Source: Deltaproteobacteria bacterium
GTDB taxonomy: Bacteria > JAUYMQ01
DNA length: 47,183 nt
NCBI GenBank assembly: GCA_030698575.1
Contig: JAUYMQ010000648.1
Coordinates: forward strand, 1 to 47,183
Direction of reading: 5' to 3'
Below the pieces are notes generated by a model. The model had not been told where the DNA came from. It saw only the letters and a list, made by a program, of their open reading frames with translations, and made no database searches. Position 1 is the first letter of the stretch, and each line of letters opens with the position of its first letter. This document shows positions 21,293 to 31,436 of the stretch, piece after piece. The position numbers were made by a program, and so were the translations under genes.

Positions 21293-23434
21293 ATGAGCTT
21301 CGCCCGTTCTTACGACGCCGAGCAGGCGCTGGCGGCCCTCGCCGCGGTGCCGGGTACAGTAGTCATCCGGCAGACGCCGCAGTCTGCGTTCCTCGGGGCT
21401 GGGTATGGGTGTGTTTGTGTGGTGGGTGAGGTCGGCAATGACCAGTTCGGCGACCCCAACAAAACGCTCGTCAACACACCGCGGCAGATCACGAGCGACG
21501 ACCAGATCAGCAGCGACTACGGCGGGTTGTCGGACTACATCGGCTCCGCGGCCGATGGCTGGGAGGGCAACATCGCCAAAGCCCTAGCGTTGCCCGGGCT
21601 CGAGTTCACGAAGTTGGCGCTCGTCACTCCACAGCTCAGCGCGGGGCAGGTCACCTTCACCCGGCCCAACCCCGGCAAAGCCACCGTCACGCCCGGCAAC
21701 GGCGCACCCTGGCGCTTCGACTCGGGCGATACGCTAGGGCTGTCGGTCGACGGCGGGCTTGTGGACGTGGCGACGTTCGACGCAGCGCGGGCTGCGCGGC
21801 AGGGTGCCGGACTTGCCATCGTCGACCTTGCCGGCGATACCCTACAAGTCGCAATCGATGGGGGCCCGACCCAGACGATCACGTTCGAGGCGCCAGGTGA
21901 CCTGGCGGCTGTAGTAAGCGAGGTCAATGCGCAGCTCGAAGGCGGGTACGCCTACGGCAACGGTGGCGAGCTGGTCATCGCCAGCGACACCTATGGCACC
22001 GGCTCGTCTGTCGAGATTATCGGCGGGACCGCGCTTGCCGAACTCGGCCACGCTGTCGGCACGACATCGGGCAGCGGCGACACAGTGAACATTCGCGCGG
22101 TCACGGCAGCGGAGTTCAAGGCGGTCGTCGAGGCGGACATCGCCGGCGTCACGGTGGACGGCGCTACCGGCGCACTCAGCACAGATACGGAGGGGGACGG
22201 CGGGTCAATCCAGGTGGACGCCGGCAGCTCGACCGTCGAAGGGGCGACGAAGCTCAACGTCTCGACCGCCGAGGTAACGGGCGGCTCCGGCGCGGCCGCG
22301 GCCACCAGCGTGCCGGCCGGTACGCGAGTGCGGCGAGGGTCTAGCGGAGCGGTGTATCTGACGCTCGAGGACCTGTCCTTCCCCGCGGGCTCGTCAGGGA
22401 CTTCGCTGCAGCAGTCTGTACGAGTGCGCCCACTCAACGACAGCACAATAGCCAGCAACGCTGGCGCTGTGACGGTCATCGTCGATACGCTCAATGACGC
22501 CACTTTCACGGTCACCAACGCGGCGCCCTTAACCCCACCCGACTTCGACGCAGCATACGCCACCGCCATCGCGGCAACGCTCGCCAACACGGGCATCTCG
22601 GCCGACATCGACATCATCCTGGCACGCCGGCACACGGCTGGGGTGCACACGGTTCTGCGGGCGAACGCTCTGAGCGCCGCCAGCGGCCGACGTGGACGCG
22701 TTGCATTGCTGTCGCCGCCCGTCGGCACGGCAAATGCCACCGCGGCCGGATCGAGCGGCGTGGGCGTCGGCGTGTCTCGGGGGCGCTACTATGGCTACGC
22801 CTACCCAGCGTTCCGGACCGTCCTCAGCGACGATCCGGCCACGAAGATCGACATGCCCGCCGACCTGGCGCTCGCGCACCTCTGCAGCGTCATGCGGCCT
22901 GAAGAGAACGTCGGCGCCGACCGCTCCCGGCTGATCTATGTCCTGGGCCTCGAGAGCGGCCTCGATGTCACCCCTAGCCAGGCGCAGTATCAGGCGTGGC
23001 TCGAGGCCGGGATCGCTCCGCTGCAGATCTCGCAGGGGGCGGCGGAGTTTCTAAACGACCCGACGACCGAGCTCGTTGAGACGGCCTGGAATGAGCTCAA
23101 TGAGGTGAGGATGGCGCTGTTCCTCACCTCCTCGCTACACGACATCGGCGCGAGGTGGGCAAAAAAGCTCAGGAGCGACAGCAACAAGCGAGGGCTGTTG
23201 CTCGACCTCGAGGGCTTCTTCGACACGCTGAACCCCGCGGGCAACCCGGAGCTGCAGCGCATCGCCGGCTACAGCATCGACGACGAGTCGGGCAACACGC
23301 CGGTCACGCTGGCGGCGGGCCTGCACATCGTCAAGATCGCCGTGCAGACGCTGCCGCACATGAACACCATCGTGTACCAACTTTTGGCGGGGAAGACGGT
23401 CAAGGTCACAGCCGCGGCCGCGGCAGCCGGCTGA
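21293..23434 (+). CDS. Contractile tail sheath protein, 713 aa
   Basis: Size, position before the tube gene, and a sheath-type C-terminal region (...YSIDDESGNTPVTLAAGLHIVKIAVQTLPHMNTIVYQL). Confidence 0.7.
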   Translation: MSFARSYDAEQALAALAAVPGTVVIRQTPQSAFLGAGYGCVCVVGEVGNDQFGDPNKTLVNTPRQITSDDQISSDYGGLSDYIGSAADGWEGNIAKALALPGLEFTKLALVTPQLSAGQVTFTRPNPGKATVTPGNGAPWRFDSGDTLGLSVDGGLVDVATFDAARAARQGAGLAIVDLAGDTLQVAIDGGPTQTITFEAPGDLAAVVSEVNAQLEGGYAYGNGGELVIASDTYGTGSSVEIIGGTALAELGHAVGTTSGSGDTVNIRAVTAAEFKAVVEADIAGVTVDGATGALSTDTEGDGGSIQVDAGSSTVEGATKLNVSTAEVTGGSGAAAATSVPAGTRVRRGSSGAVYLTLEDLSFPAGSSGTSLQQSVRVRPLNDSTIASNAGAVTVIVDTLNDATFTVTNAAPLTPPDFDAAYATAIAATLANTGISADIDIILARRHTAGVHTVLRANALSAASGRRGRVALLSPPVGTANATAAGSSGVGVGVSRGRYYGYAYPAFRTVLSDDPATKIDMPADLALAHLCSVMRPEENVGADRSRLIYVLGLESGLDVTPSQAQYQAWLEAGIAPLQISQGAAEFLNDPTTELVETAWNELNEVRMALFLTSSLHDIGARWAKKLRSDSNKRGLLLDLEGFFDTLNPAGNPELQRIAGYSIDDESGNTPVTLAAGLHIVKIAVQTLPHMNTIVYQLLAGKTVKVTAAAAAAG

Positions 23435-23467
23435 TCTCTGAGGCGCCAGACACACTGAGGTACTGCC

Positions 23468-23902
23468 ATGGCAGAGCGAGCTCGCGGCCAGGACACCGTC
23501 TTCACTATGATCTCGGGCGGCGACATCGTGGCCGACTTTTTAGCCCAAGATGTGACCGTCGAGACCGTGATGTCGGTCGACTCGCAACGGTATATCGGGG
23601 AGACGGCCAACCGGTATGCGGAGTCCTTCGAGGGCTATCGACTGCAGGTGTCGGGCCACGCCGAGGGCTCGTCCGCCATCGGTGGGGTGTTGGCGGTGTT
23701 CGACGCCGTCGAGAGGCGGGCGCGAGGCGAGAAAGTGGGCCACACAATCCACGTCAGCTCAACGCTCTTTTTTCCTAACGGCGACCTCCGGTCTTGGACC
23801 GGCAAAGATGTACGGTTCGAGAACCCGAGTTACCAAGTGCGCGGTAACGAGTTCATCACATTTAGCTTTTCCGCCAACTGCTCGGCTGCAAAGCGCTCCT
23901 AA
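23468..23902 (+). CDS. Tail tube protein, 144 aa
   Basis: Size and position between the sheath and chaperone genes. Confidence 0.6.
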   Translation: MAERARGQDTVFTMISGGDIVADFLAQDVTVETVMSVDSQRYIGETANRYAESFEGYRLQVSGHAEGSSAIGGVLAVFDAVERRARGEKVGHTIHVSSTLFFPNGDLRSWTGKDVRFENPSYQVRGNEFITFSFSANCSAAKRS

Positions 23903-23923
23903 GCACTGCCCAGGAGACATAAC

Positions 23924-24316
23924 ATGGCGAAGCCGCACGATGGACCGGCATACCTGGTCCCGTTCCTCGACAAGCACGGTGGGGGCAAGGTGCTGATGCG
24001 CTACCTGCCGATGGCGCAGGAGCGCCGTCTCTATGAGCAGCACAAGGACAATGCGGCTGCACTTGCGGACGAGATAATGTTGCGGGGCCTGGCTGAGGTG
24101 AGCGCCGACATCGCCGCCGGCGCCGGCATCCACGACGGAGAGCTGTCGGAGCACGGCTTGGTCCCGGTCGACGACAACCGGCCCGGCCGAGTCGAGGTGT
24201 GGGAGAGTCTCGGGCCGAAGCGGCGCAAGTGCGTCGAGCTGGCATGGGCGAGCCGCAACACCGTGGACGAGGCAGACCAGGATTTTTTCCTGGCGGGGGT
24301 ATCGGACATCGTGTGA
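23924..24316 (+). CDS. Tail assembly chaperone (G-like), 130 aa
   Basis: Lies immediately upstream of the tape measure gene and contains a slippery heptamer near its 3' end. Confidence 0.7.
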   Translation: MAKPHDGPAYLVPFLDKHGGGKVLMRYLPMAQERRLYEQHKDNAAALADEIMLRGLAEVSADIAAGAGIHDGELSEHGLVPVDDNRPGRVEVWESLGPKRRKCVELAWASRNTVDEADQDFFLAGVSDIV

Positions 24317-24543
24317 TCGCGTTCTGGGCGCCCCCGCCCATCCTCGACCGGTACGCTACCTACCTCAAGCGGCACGGCATCGAGTTACGGTACCGCGCGC
24401 AGAAAGACCTCGACATTCAGCGGGGTGCGGCCATGCGGGCCGGGCGGCAGAGCTGGGAGCTCATCCAGCGCATGACGTTCGTCGAATTCGACGGAATGTA
24501 TCGTTGCCTGGCGGCCTTCGTGGAGAAAACCAATGGCGATTAG
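23924..24543 (+). CDS. Tail assembly chaperone -1 frameshift fusion (GT-like), about 206 aa
   Basis: T_TTT_TTC lies at 24283-24289 in the zero frame. The -1 frame reads FFPGGGIGHRVIAFWAPPP..., matching track ORF 24199..24543, which ends inside the tape measure start. Confidence 0.65.
24283..24289 (+). other. Slippery heptamer T_TTT_TTC (programmed -1 ribosomal frameshift site)
   Basis: Zero-frame codons are GAT TTT TTC (24281-24289). The site fits the X_XXY_YYZ rule. Confidence 0.65.
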
Positions 24544-26182
24544 CCGGGTGCAAGTCATCGCCTTCTTCCGCGCTCGCATGGGGCAGTTTCAGCGGGCGGT
24601 GCGGCAAGGCACGCTCATCGTGCGTGCGCTAGAGCATCGCCTGGCGCGGGTAAAGCACGCGCTCCACGGCGTGGGCCACATGGTGATGTTCCCCGCTGCG
24701 GCGGGCATCGGGTACATGGCGAAGAAGGCAATTGAGCTCAACAAGGAGCTCGAAACTACGAAGATCGGCATCGCGACGATGCTGCAGCAGTCGAGCCGGG
24801 GAGGTCGCGGGCCGTTTGAGGACTTCGCGACCGGGCTCGGCTTGAGCAACCGTTTGATGCGAACACTGCAGGATCGGGCAGCAAAACTTCCAGGCACGAC
24901 CCAGGACTTCCGGCGCGGGTTCGAGCTGCTTCTCCCCGTAGTAGCGAAGACAGGCGGCTCGGTTGAGGACGTGCTGAAGTTGTCCGAGAAGGTGGTCGTG
25001 GCCGCCAAGGTCAACAATGTCTTCGGCGGGGCTGAAACAGTGGCCCGAGATATCAACCAGATCCTGAGTGGCAGCGTCGCCATCAACCAACTCCAGACCT
25101 TCGCGCTGCGCGATGACGCCAAGCGGATTGCGCAGTTGGCGCGCAAGGACCGAGCAGCGGCGCTGCGGGAAATCAGCCAGGCATTGGAGGTGTCACCGGA
25201 GGCCCTAGTGGCATTCGAATCGACCTTCGATGCCAAGTGGTCGACGTTCAAAGACAACCTGTCGAGGATACTAACAAATGTGGGCGGGCCAGCCTTTGAT
25301 GTTATCACGCGCAAGCTTGGCGAATGGAATGCCTGGCTCGCCGCCAATGAACAGAGAGTCAATGCCATCGCCAAAGAGGTCGGAGACAAAATCGTCGACG
25401 GCGCGCGGAAGTTTGTCGGCCTGCTGAAGGACGCGAAGGGTGTCGTAGACGACATCGGCAAGCACTGGGGTCTGATTAAGGACACGATTGCCACGATTGC
25501 CACCGTGTGGCTCGGCGGAAAGGTCTGGGTGGCGCTCAAGAATATCGCCATCGCTGTGGGCACGAACCCGATCTTGCTTGCTGTGTTCGGGATACCTGCG
25601 GCGATAGCGGCGGCGGCCCTTCTCGACAAACAAGACCCACTCGCCGACGCGGCGGTGGAGAAGGGCGCCAAGTTGATCAGGCTCACCCCGACGAATAGAC
25701 AAATCGAAGCGTTCCGCGAAAGGCGACGAGAGGATGCACTCTCTTTTGACGAGCTTCGAGTCTGGACGGCGACGGAGAAGGAGCTGCGCCAGAAGCACGG
25801 CGACCGCTCCGTGTCACGGGACATGGATATGGTTGCCAGAGAGACACTCGTGCGCATCGCGAAGACAAAAAAGGCCGAAATTGAGGCTCAGGTGGAGTCG
25901 CGTAAAAAGTTCGCCGCGGCAGGACAATTCAAAGGCCTACCAGAGACCGGGTTCAACCCCGCGCGATTGTCCGACGCCGATCGGTTGGAAGCGGCGGCCG
26001 AAAATCTGCACAAGAAGTTCAAGAATGCGGATCGGCCCCATATCGACGCCCGCGGCAGTACGTTTCGCATCGAGCAAAACTTCGACGAGGGCGACCCCGA
26101 TCGAGTAGCCCTCGGGATCCGCCGCGGCATCATGCAGCCGTTCCTACCGATGCTGACGAGCACGGTGGGCATCGGGCGCTGA
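24533..26182 (+). CDS. Tail tape measure protein, 549 aa
   Basis: Helical Ala/Lys/Leu-rich protein with a hydrophobic segment (WLGGKVWVALKNIAIAVGTNPILLAVFGIPAAIAAAALL). Lies after the frameshifted chaperones. Confidence 0.75.
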   Translation: MAISRVQVIAFFRARMGQFQRAVRQGTLIVRALEHRLARVKHALHGVGHMVMFPAAAGIGYMAKKAIELNKELETTKIGIATMLQQSSRGGRGPFEDFATGLGLSNRLMRTLQDRAAKLPGTTQDFRRGFELLLPVVAKTGGSVEDVLKLSEKVVVAAKVNNVFGGAETVARDINQILSGSVAINQLQTFALRDDAKRIAQLARKDRAAALREISQALEVSPEALVAFESTFDAKWSTFKDNLSRILTNVGGPAFDVITRKLGEWNAWLAANEQRVNAIAKEVGDKIVDGARKFVGLLKDAKGVVDDIGKHWGLIKDTIATIATVWLGGKVWVALKNIAIAVGTNPILLAVFGIPAAIAAAALLDKQDPLADAAVEKGAKLIRLTPTNRQIEAFRERRREDALSFDELRVWTATEKELRQKHGDRSVSRDMDMVARETLVRIAKTKKAEIEAQVESRKKFAAAGQFKGLPETGFNPARLSDADRLEAAAENLHKKFKNADRPHIDARGSTFRIEQNFDEGDPDRVALGIRRGIMQPFLPMLTSTVGIGR

Positions 26183-26191
26183 GAGGCAGCC

Positions 26192-27349
26192 ATGGCCAAT
26201 CGCACGGCCGCGCTCGCGCTGGCGCTCTATGGTGCGTTCGACCCGCTGGACGCCGAAACCTGGGCGGGGACGCCGTTCGTGATCCGGGAGACCCAGCTCC
26301 GCGGGCTGCAGCGCGTGCTTGAGCTGTCGGGGCCGTGCCTCCCGTTCGCGCCACTGTCTCTGCCGATGCGCCGGCGCGGGCGGACCACCCACTACCAGGG
26401 CCAGCCAAAGGCCGTGCAGCAAGTGCTTGGCTACGATCAGGGCGAGACCACGCTCGAAGGAGTTTGGCGCGCGACTGACCTCACCGTCGAGGACACCTTT
26501 GCGCTGTGGGGGCTGTACGGCGTGGCGGTGACGCCGGTGCTGAGCGTCGACGATCTGCGCGACAAAGTCTACGACATCATCCGCGGCGGCCAGGAGGTGG
26601 CGGTCCGGTGGGCTGGCATGGAGCGGGTCAGCTCCATCATGGACTTCGAGCCGCAGATCATCTCGCGCAAAGAGGTGCGGTGGCGGTGGCGATTCGAGTG
26701 GGCTGGCGAGGGCAAGTTCCCAACCATCCCGATCGAGGACCCGCTCGACATCAGCATCGTCAACGTCTTCGACCTGCTCCAGAAGGCAGCGGACCTGCTC
26801 GCGTTCCCGGCGCAGCTCGCTCTAGACGTCGTGGACTTCATCGAATCGCGTGTGGCAGCTCTCCAGGGCAAGATCCAGGAACTAAAGGAGGCTGTGCAGC
26901 TCTACAGCGCGGCCGTTGAGCGCGCAAGCAAGGTCGCCAACCGCATCACGGGCATCTCGGACCAGATACGCACCGGCGCGTTGGACATCCGCGACCACGT
27001 CGCCGACATGTACGCCGAGGTCGTCAACCAGGGCGAGATCGACGGGGTGCCAGGAGGCCTCGCCACCCGCGCTCGACTGCAGGCATGGATCACCGAGACC
27101 AGCCGAGCCACCGGCACCATGGCGGCGCGGGCCGGAGAGACGGCGGCGGTGTGGCGGCAGGTGGCTCAACCCGACGTGGACGCGATCATCATCGCGCAGG
27201 GGGAGACGGACCTCCGCATGCTCGCTCTGCAGCAGTGGGGCTCGGCTCGTGAGTGGGGCCGGATCGCTGACTACAACGGGCTCGGGCTGTCTGGCTCCAC
27301 CGTGCCGGCAGGGACCACGTTGCTGATACCAGCACGAACGGTGGCCTGA
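26192..27349 (+). CDS. Tail/baseplate protein with a C-terminal LysM domain (DNA-circulation/gpX-like), 385 aa
   Basis: The C-terminus REWGRIADYNGLGLSGSTVPAGTTLLIPA is LysM-like. Lies after the tape measure gene. Confidence 0.5.
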   Translation: MANRTAALALALYGAFDPLDAETWAGTPFVIRETQLRGLQRVLELSGPCLPFAPLSLPMRRRGRTTHYQGQPKAVQQVLGYDQGETTLEGVWRATDLTVEDTFALWGLYGVAVTPVLSVDDLRDKVYDIIRGGQEVAVRWAGMERVSSIMDFEPQIISRKEVRWRWRFEWAGEGKFPTIPIEDPLDISIVNVFDLLQKAADLLAFPAQLALDVVDFIESRVAALQGKIQELKEAVQLYSAAVERASKVANRITGISDQIRTGALDIRDHVADMYAEVVNQGEIDGVPGGLATRARLQAWITETSRATGTMAARAGETAAVWRQVAQPDVDAIIIAQGETDLRMLALQQWGSAREWGRIADYNGLGLSGSTVPAGTTLLIPARTVA

Positions 27350-28972
27350 GTGGCGACCTACTATCCGGCAGCGCTCGTGAGGCTGCGCGTCAGGCTCGAG
27401 GAGCCCACGCGGATGGACCTGGCGATGCTCCCGCGCATCCAGGAGCCTGATGGCCTGGCCGGGCTCGTTCCGCTGCCGTCGCTAGGGCCTGCATCGGTCG
27501 GACTGCCGGCACCGGACGGGCTCAGCCTTGTCGAGGGCGTGCTGCCAAGCCGTGTGGTGTGGCGCAGCAACACGCTGCGCGAGCCCGACGAGGCCACGGT
27601 CGTCATCGACTCGCACTACCTGCCGCTCGACCCGCGCATGGTGCGGCAGGTGGCGGTGGACATCTACATGGGAGGACTGCTGCCGGCGCAGTACGATGCC
27701 GGGATGACGGCTGGCACTGGCGCGGCACTGCTGACCACGCCGGACAAGCTGCGCTTCATCGGGTGGGTGGACGAAGGGGTCTGGGACGTTCATGACGGGA
27801 CGATTTCGCTGGAGTGCCGGAGCCTGCAGGCCCTATTGACCGACAGCAAGATCGGCGCCTCGTTGCTCGGCGACATCGAGCTCGCCCGACCACTCCACGC
27901 AGTCGTGCACGACGTGGTGCAGGCGGCGCCGATGGCCCGCGGCATGACGGTCGTTGCGCGGACGGACAGCCCAGGGACGATACCGGTGCTGGGCACGGTG
28001 GTGCCGCCCCACTGGATCCGGGTCGCGGGCAAGACCAAGGGCGCTCGCATGCCCATCGAGGATGGCGCAGAGAGCTACTGGAGCATCATCGAGAGGTTGT
28101 GCCTCGCAGTGGGGTGGGTGCCATCGGTGCAGCTCGACCGGGTGGTGGTGCAGCCCGCGAAGACCCTGACGGCGGATCGATTCTCCGCGCCGGTGGTGGA
28201 CGTCGCCTGGCCGACGGGGGTGGCGACGCCAGCTAAGGTGCCGTTTCAGCGTACAATCTCGCAAACTGGCGAGACGGTCCGCATCCGGCGCCTGGCGTGG
28301 GGTCACAACCTGGAGACGTTCCGCTTGACGCGGCCATGGGCGGAGACCCGCCGGAAGCCAATCGAGGTGAGGGCCTGGAACAAGGAACTCGGGATCGTGG
28401 CCACCGCGCGCTGGCCTATATTGCCGGAGCCGGCAAGGGTGGCACCATCCGGCCAGAAGGCCACTGAAGAGGTGGATGTCATCGTCGTCTACGGACAGCA
28501 CACACCGGTGACGCTGCTCCAGCTCGCCGAGCAGCTCTGGCACGAGCGTGCACACCGCGACGTCCGAGGCGAGTTCTCGACGCGCGACCTCGCGAGCTTC
28601 GGTGGGGGGGCGCCTGGCGACCTGTACCACGACGACCTGATGGGCCTCGAGGCTGGCGACGCGGTAGAGGTGGGCATCTACGGCGCTCGCAACCAGGCCA
28701 GTGCGCCGGAGGCTGTGAAGGCGCTGAGCGCTCCGGAGCTAGGGGCGTTCCTCGTATCCCGCGGATTCCGGCCCGACGTGGCGGCGCAGTTTGCCGCGGC
28801 CGCACTGACCACGCCACTGCTGAATGTGTTCCGCGTCGTCGCCGCTGAGCACACGTTCGACGCCGAGGAGGGCTACAGCCTGTCGGTGGAGTTCGCCAAC
28901 TACCTCCGTGCCGACCCCGCAGCAGCAGCCCAACAGGCACAGGCAGCAGCGCTCGATGCGACCGCGCAGTAG
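27350..28972 (+). CDS. Baseplate hub / late-control-D-like tail protein, 540 aa
   Basis: GTG start directly after the upstream stop. Size and order match the P2 gpD / Mu gp44 position. Confidence 0.45.
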   Translation: MATYYPAALVRLRVRLEEPTRMDLAMLPRIQEPDGLAGLVPLPSLGPASVGLPAPDGLSLVEGVLPSRVVWRSNTLREPDEATVVIDSHYLPLDPRMVRQVAVDIYMGGLLPAQYDAGMTAGTGAALLTTPDKLRFIGWVDEGVWDVHDGTISLECRSLQALLTDSKIGASLLGDIELARPLHAVVHDVVQAAPMARGMTVVARTDSPGTIPVLGTVVPPHWIRVAGKTKGARMPIEDGAESYWSIIERLCLAVGWVPSVQLDRVVVQPAKTLTADRFSAPVVDVAWPTGVATPAKVPFQRTISQTGETVRIRRLAWGHNLETFRLTRPWAETRRKPIEVRAWNKELGIVATARWPILPEPARVAPSGQKATEEVDVIVVYGQHTPVTLLQLAEQLWHERAHRDVRGEFSTRDLASFGGGAPGDLYHDDLMGLEAGDAVEVGIYGARNQASAPEAVKALSAPELGAFLVSRGFRPDVAAQFAAAALTTPLLNVFRVVAAEHTFDAEEGYSLSVEFANYLRADPAAAAQQAQAAALDATAQ

Positions 28973-29585
28973 ACCACGCCTATCCGGCGCCCTCGAGGAG
29001 CTGGCACACCGCCTGATACAGCGGGCGACCCGCGTGGCGCGCGACATCGTGACGCAGGCGCTGCTCGAGCGGGATCGGCGGGGAGAGCGGAGCCTCCAGT
29101 TCGCGACGGTCGAGGCGGAACCCACTGCGATTCGCCCTCTGGCGCACACCACCTACGTGGACGTGACGTGCCAGCCGTCGGGGCTGAGACTGACCGCGCA
29201 GGTCGCCACATCGGTGGTAGGCGGCATAGGGCCGCTCAGGCCGCTCGAGCCGGTGCTCGTGGCGGTGCCCCGCGGAGAGCTCCTCGGCGAGAGCTGGATC
29301 ATCGCGAGGCTCAACACGGTGGTTAGCCCGGCGCCTCTGCCGACGGCGCCGACGAACGTGCTGATCGAGTCGTTGCAGGGCGTGCTCGAGCTGCGCAGTC
29401 TGCCGGGAGTGTGGCTCAACGGACCGGGAGCGGCGGCCGCGCGGATGGGCGACACGGTGACGCTAAGCGCGGACTGGCTCGCATGGCTGCTGGGGCTTGC
29501 CACCGCTGCGCAGTACCCGACGACGCCGCCGCCGACGCCGATCGGCGCCATCGCCACCGGCAGCGCTCTGACGCAGATCGGGTGA
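28956..29585 (+). CDS. Baseplate spike (gpV-like) protein, about 209 aa
   Basis: Internal ATG at 28956 of track ORF 28824..29585. Lies before a gp25/W-like gene. Confidence 0.4.
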   Translation: MRPRSRPRLSGALEELAHRLIQRATRVARDIVTQALLERDRRGERSLQFATVEAEPTAIRPLAHTTYVDVTCQPSGLRLTAQVATSVVGGIGPLRPLEPVLVAVPRGELLGESWIIARLNTVVSPAPLPTAPTNVLIESLQGVLELRSLPGVWLNGPGAAAARMGDTVTLSADWLAWLLGLATAAQYPTTPPPTPIGAIATGSALTQIG

Positions 29586-29588
29586 CCC

Positions 29589-30308
29589 ATGGCCAGCGTG
29601 ACTGCAGCGGTGGCCGTCGCGAGCAACCGCGTCCGCGTGGTGTTGTCGGCGGCGCCGGCGGAGTCGGGCATCCACTCGGCCGGCCTCGCGAGCAACTGGC
29701 AGATCACCCGCGACCTCGAGGCGCGGCCAGTCGCCGCTGTCGAGCGAGAGTCTGCTACTCGGTGGGTGCTGTCGTGCCCCGTCGCGTGGGATACCGGCGG
29801 GACGTGGCGCGCTGGAGCAGCGACGACGCTCCGGACGCTGGCTGAAGGGGCGCAGTACGACTCGCCGGCGCGACGGGACTTCACGCCGGCGGTGGCGGTG
29901 CCGACGGCGAAGGCCTCGCTGCTACGCGCCACAAAGCGGGACTTCGCCCTGACCACGCTCGCCAGAGGTAGCACTCCGGCTGGCTGCTACTTCGTCGCGT
30001 CCGGCGACTACGCGCTGTGGGCCGGTGACGAAGCGCGCGAGAGCGACTACCTGCGGCGGCTGCAGACTCCGCGCGGCGGGTTTGCGCACGCCCCCGATTA
30101 CGGGGTGGGGCTGCAGCCGAAGCGGCTGGTGAGCGTCCAGCAGCTCCTCGACGCCAAGCGGGAGATCGCCGAGCAGCTCAAGCAGGAGCCGCGGGTCATC
30201 GCGGTCGCCCCTCGCATTCAGCGCCGAGGCACCGGCGTAGTGATCGTGACTGTGCAGGTGCAGACGGCTGACGGGCCGGTGGTCACGGCCGCACAGGTAC
30301 TCGGGTAG
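29589..30308 (+). CDS. Baseplate wedge protein with a gp25/GPW-like C-terminal domain, 239 aa
   Basis: The C-terminal RGGFAHAPDYGVGLQ...AKREIAEQLKQEPRVIAVAPRIQRRGTGVVIVTVQV fits the GPW_gp25 pattern. Confidence 0.55.
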   Translation: MASVTAAVAVASNRVRVVLSAAPAESGIHSAGLASNWQITRDLEARPVAAVERESATRWVLSCPVAWDTGGTWRAGAATTLRTLAEGAQYDSPARRDFTPAVAVPTAKASLLRATKRDFALTTLARGSTPAGCYFVASGDYALWAGDEARESDYLRRLQTPRGGFAHAPDYGVGLQPKRLVSVQQLLDAKREIAEQLKQEPRVIAVAPRIQRRGTGVVIVTVQVQTADGPVVTAAQVLG

Positions 30309-30320
30309 GGTAGGTAGTAG

Positions 30321-31436
30321 ATGGCTGACTTCCCCTCCCGAGACGACCTCGTCCAGATCGGTAAGGACGAGATCACGTCGGGCAACAGCCAGATCGACCC
30401 GAGCGCCGTCGACATTAAGGGTCACCCGGCCAACATCATCGTCCACACGGGCGCATCCATGGCCGAGGAGGTCGCGCGTCAGGGGCTCGTGCTCGAGCGC
30501 GCACAGTACCTTGACACAGCCGGCGACGTGTCGGCCGCCACGCTCGACGAGCTGATCTGGGACCGTTACGGCCTGGTCCGCCAAGGGGCCACGCCGAGCG
30601 TGGGCGAGGTGCGATTCTCCCGGCCGACAGCGGGCTACGGCGCCATCACGGTTTCCGCCGGCACGGTCCTGGTGAGCACGGGCGGCGTGCGGTTCCAGAC
30701 GACCGCAGATGCGTCGTTCGGCGCCGCTGCCACGGGGCCGGTCACAGCGCCGATCCGGAGCGTACAGAGCGGCGCCGGCCAGAAGGCTACCGCGGGCACC
30801 ATCACGGCCTTTGAGGCGCAGGTCGACGATACCTCGGTCGTTGTCACCAATCCGGAGGGCACCGCCGGTGACGCCGACGCGGAGAGCAACACGGAGTTCG
30901 TCGCGCGAGCGCGCAACTTTTTTCCCGCTGCTGCAAAGGGCACCCTGCCGGCGATCGAGTACGGCGCCAAGCAGGTGGACGGCGTAGCCTTCGCGGTGGC
31001 TACTGAGGTCACCGAGCCCGACGGCGCGCCGGCCCGGTACATCAAGCTGCAGGTGGCAGACAAAGACGGTGCGAGCTCGAGCGCCCTGACAGACGCTGTG
31101 GCGCTGGCGCTCCGCGAGTGGCGTTGCGGCGGGATGCGCGTGGAGGTGATTGGGGCGACGGTCACGAAGGTGGCCATCACCATCGCCATCATCACCAAGA
31201 GCGGCTTTGACCCGGCTGCCGTAGCCGACCAGGTCAAGGCTGCCATCGTCGCCGCGCTGGACGCGCTCGGGCCTGGCGAAACGCTCTACTACTCCACCAT
31301 TGTGGCTGCCGCGCAGCAGGTGCCCGGCGCGATAGTCCCGAACGACGCTGTCACGGCGCCAGCCACAGCACTGCAGCCAGACGACGGCGAGGTCTTCCGC
31401 ACGGAGCTCGGCCTCATCACGGTGACCAGCCCATGA
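30321..31436 (+). CDS. Baseplate J-like protein, 371 aa
   Basis: Size and order after the gp25-like gene, with a repetitive beta-rich composition. Confidence 0.55.
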   Translation: MADFPSRDDLVQIGKDEITSGNSQIDPSAVDIKGHPANIIVHTGASMAEEVARQGLVLERAQYLDTAGDVSAATLDELIWDRYGLVRQGATPSVGEVRFSRPTAGYGAITVSAGTVLVSTGGVRFQTTADASFGAAATGPVTAPIRSVQSGAGQKATAGTITAFEAQVDDTSVVVTNPEGTAGDADAESNTEFVARARNFFPAAAKGTLPAIEYGAKQVDGVAFAVATEVTEPDGAPARYIKLQVADKDGASSSALTDAVALALREWRCGGMRVEVIGATVTKVAITIAIITKSGFDPAAVADQVKAAIVAALDALGPGETLYYSTIVAAAQQVPGAIVPNDAVTAPATALQPDDGEVFRTELGLITVTSP

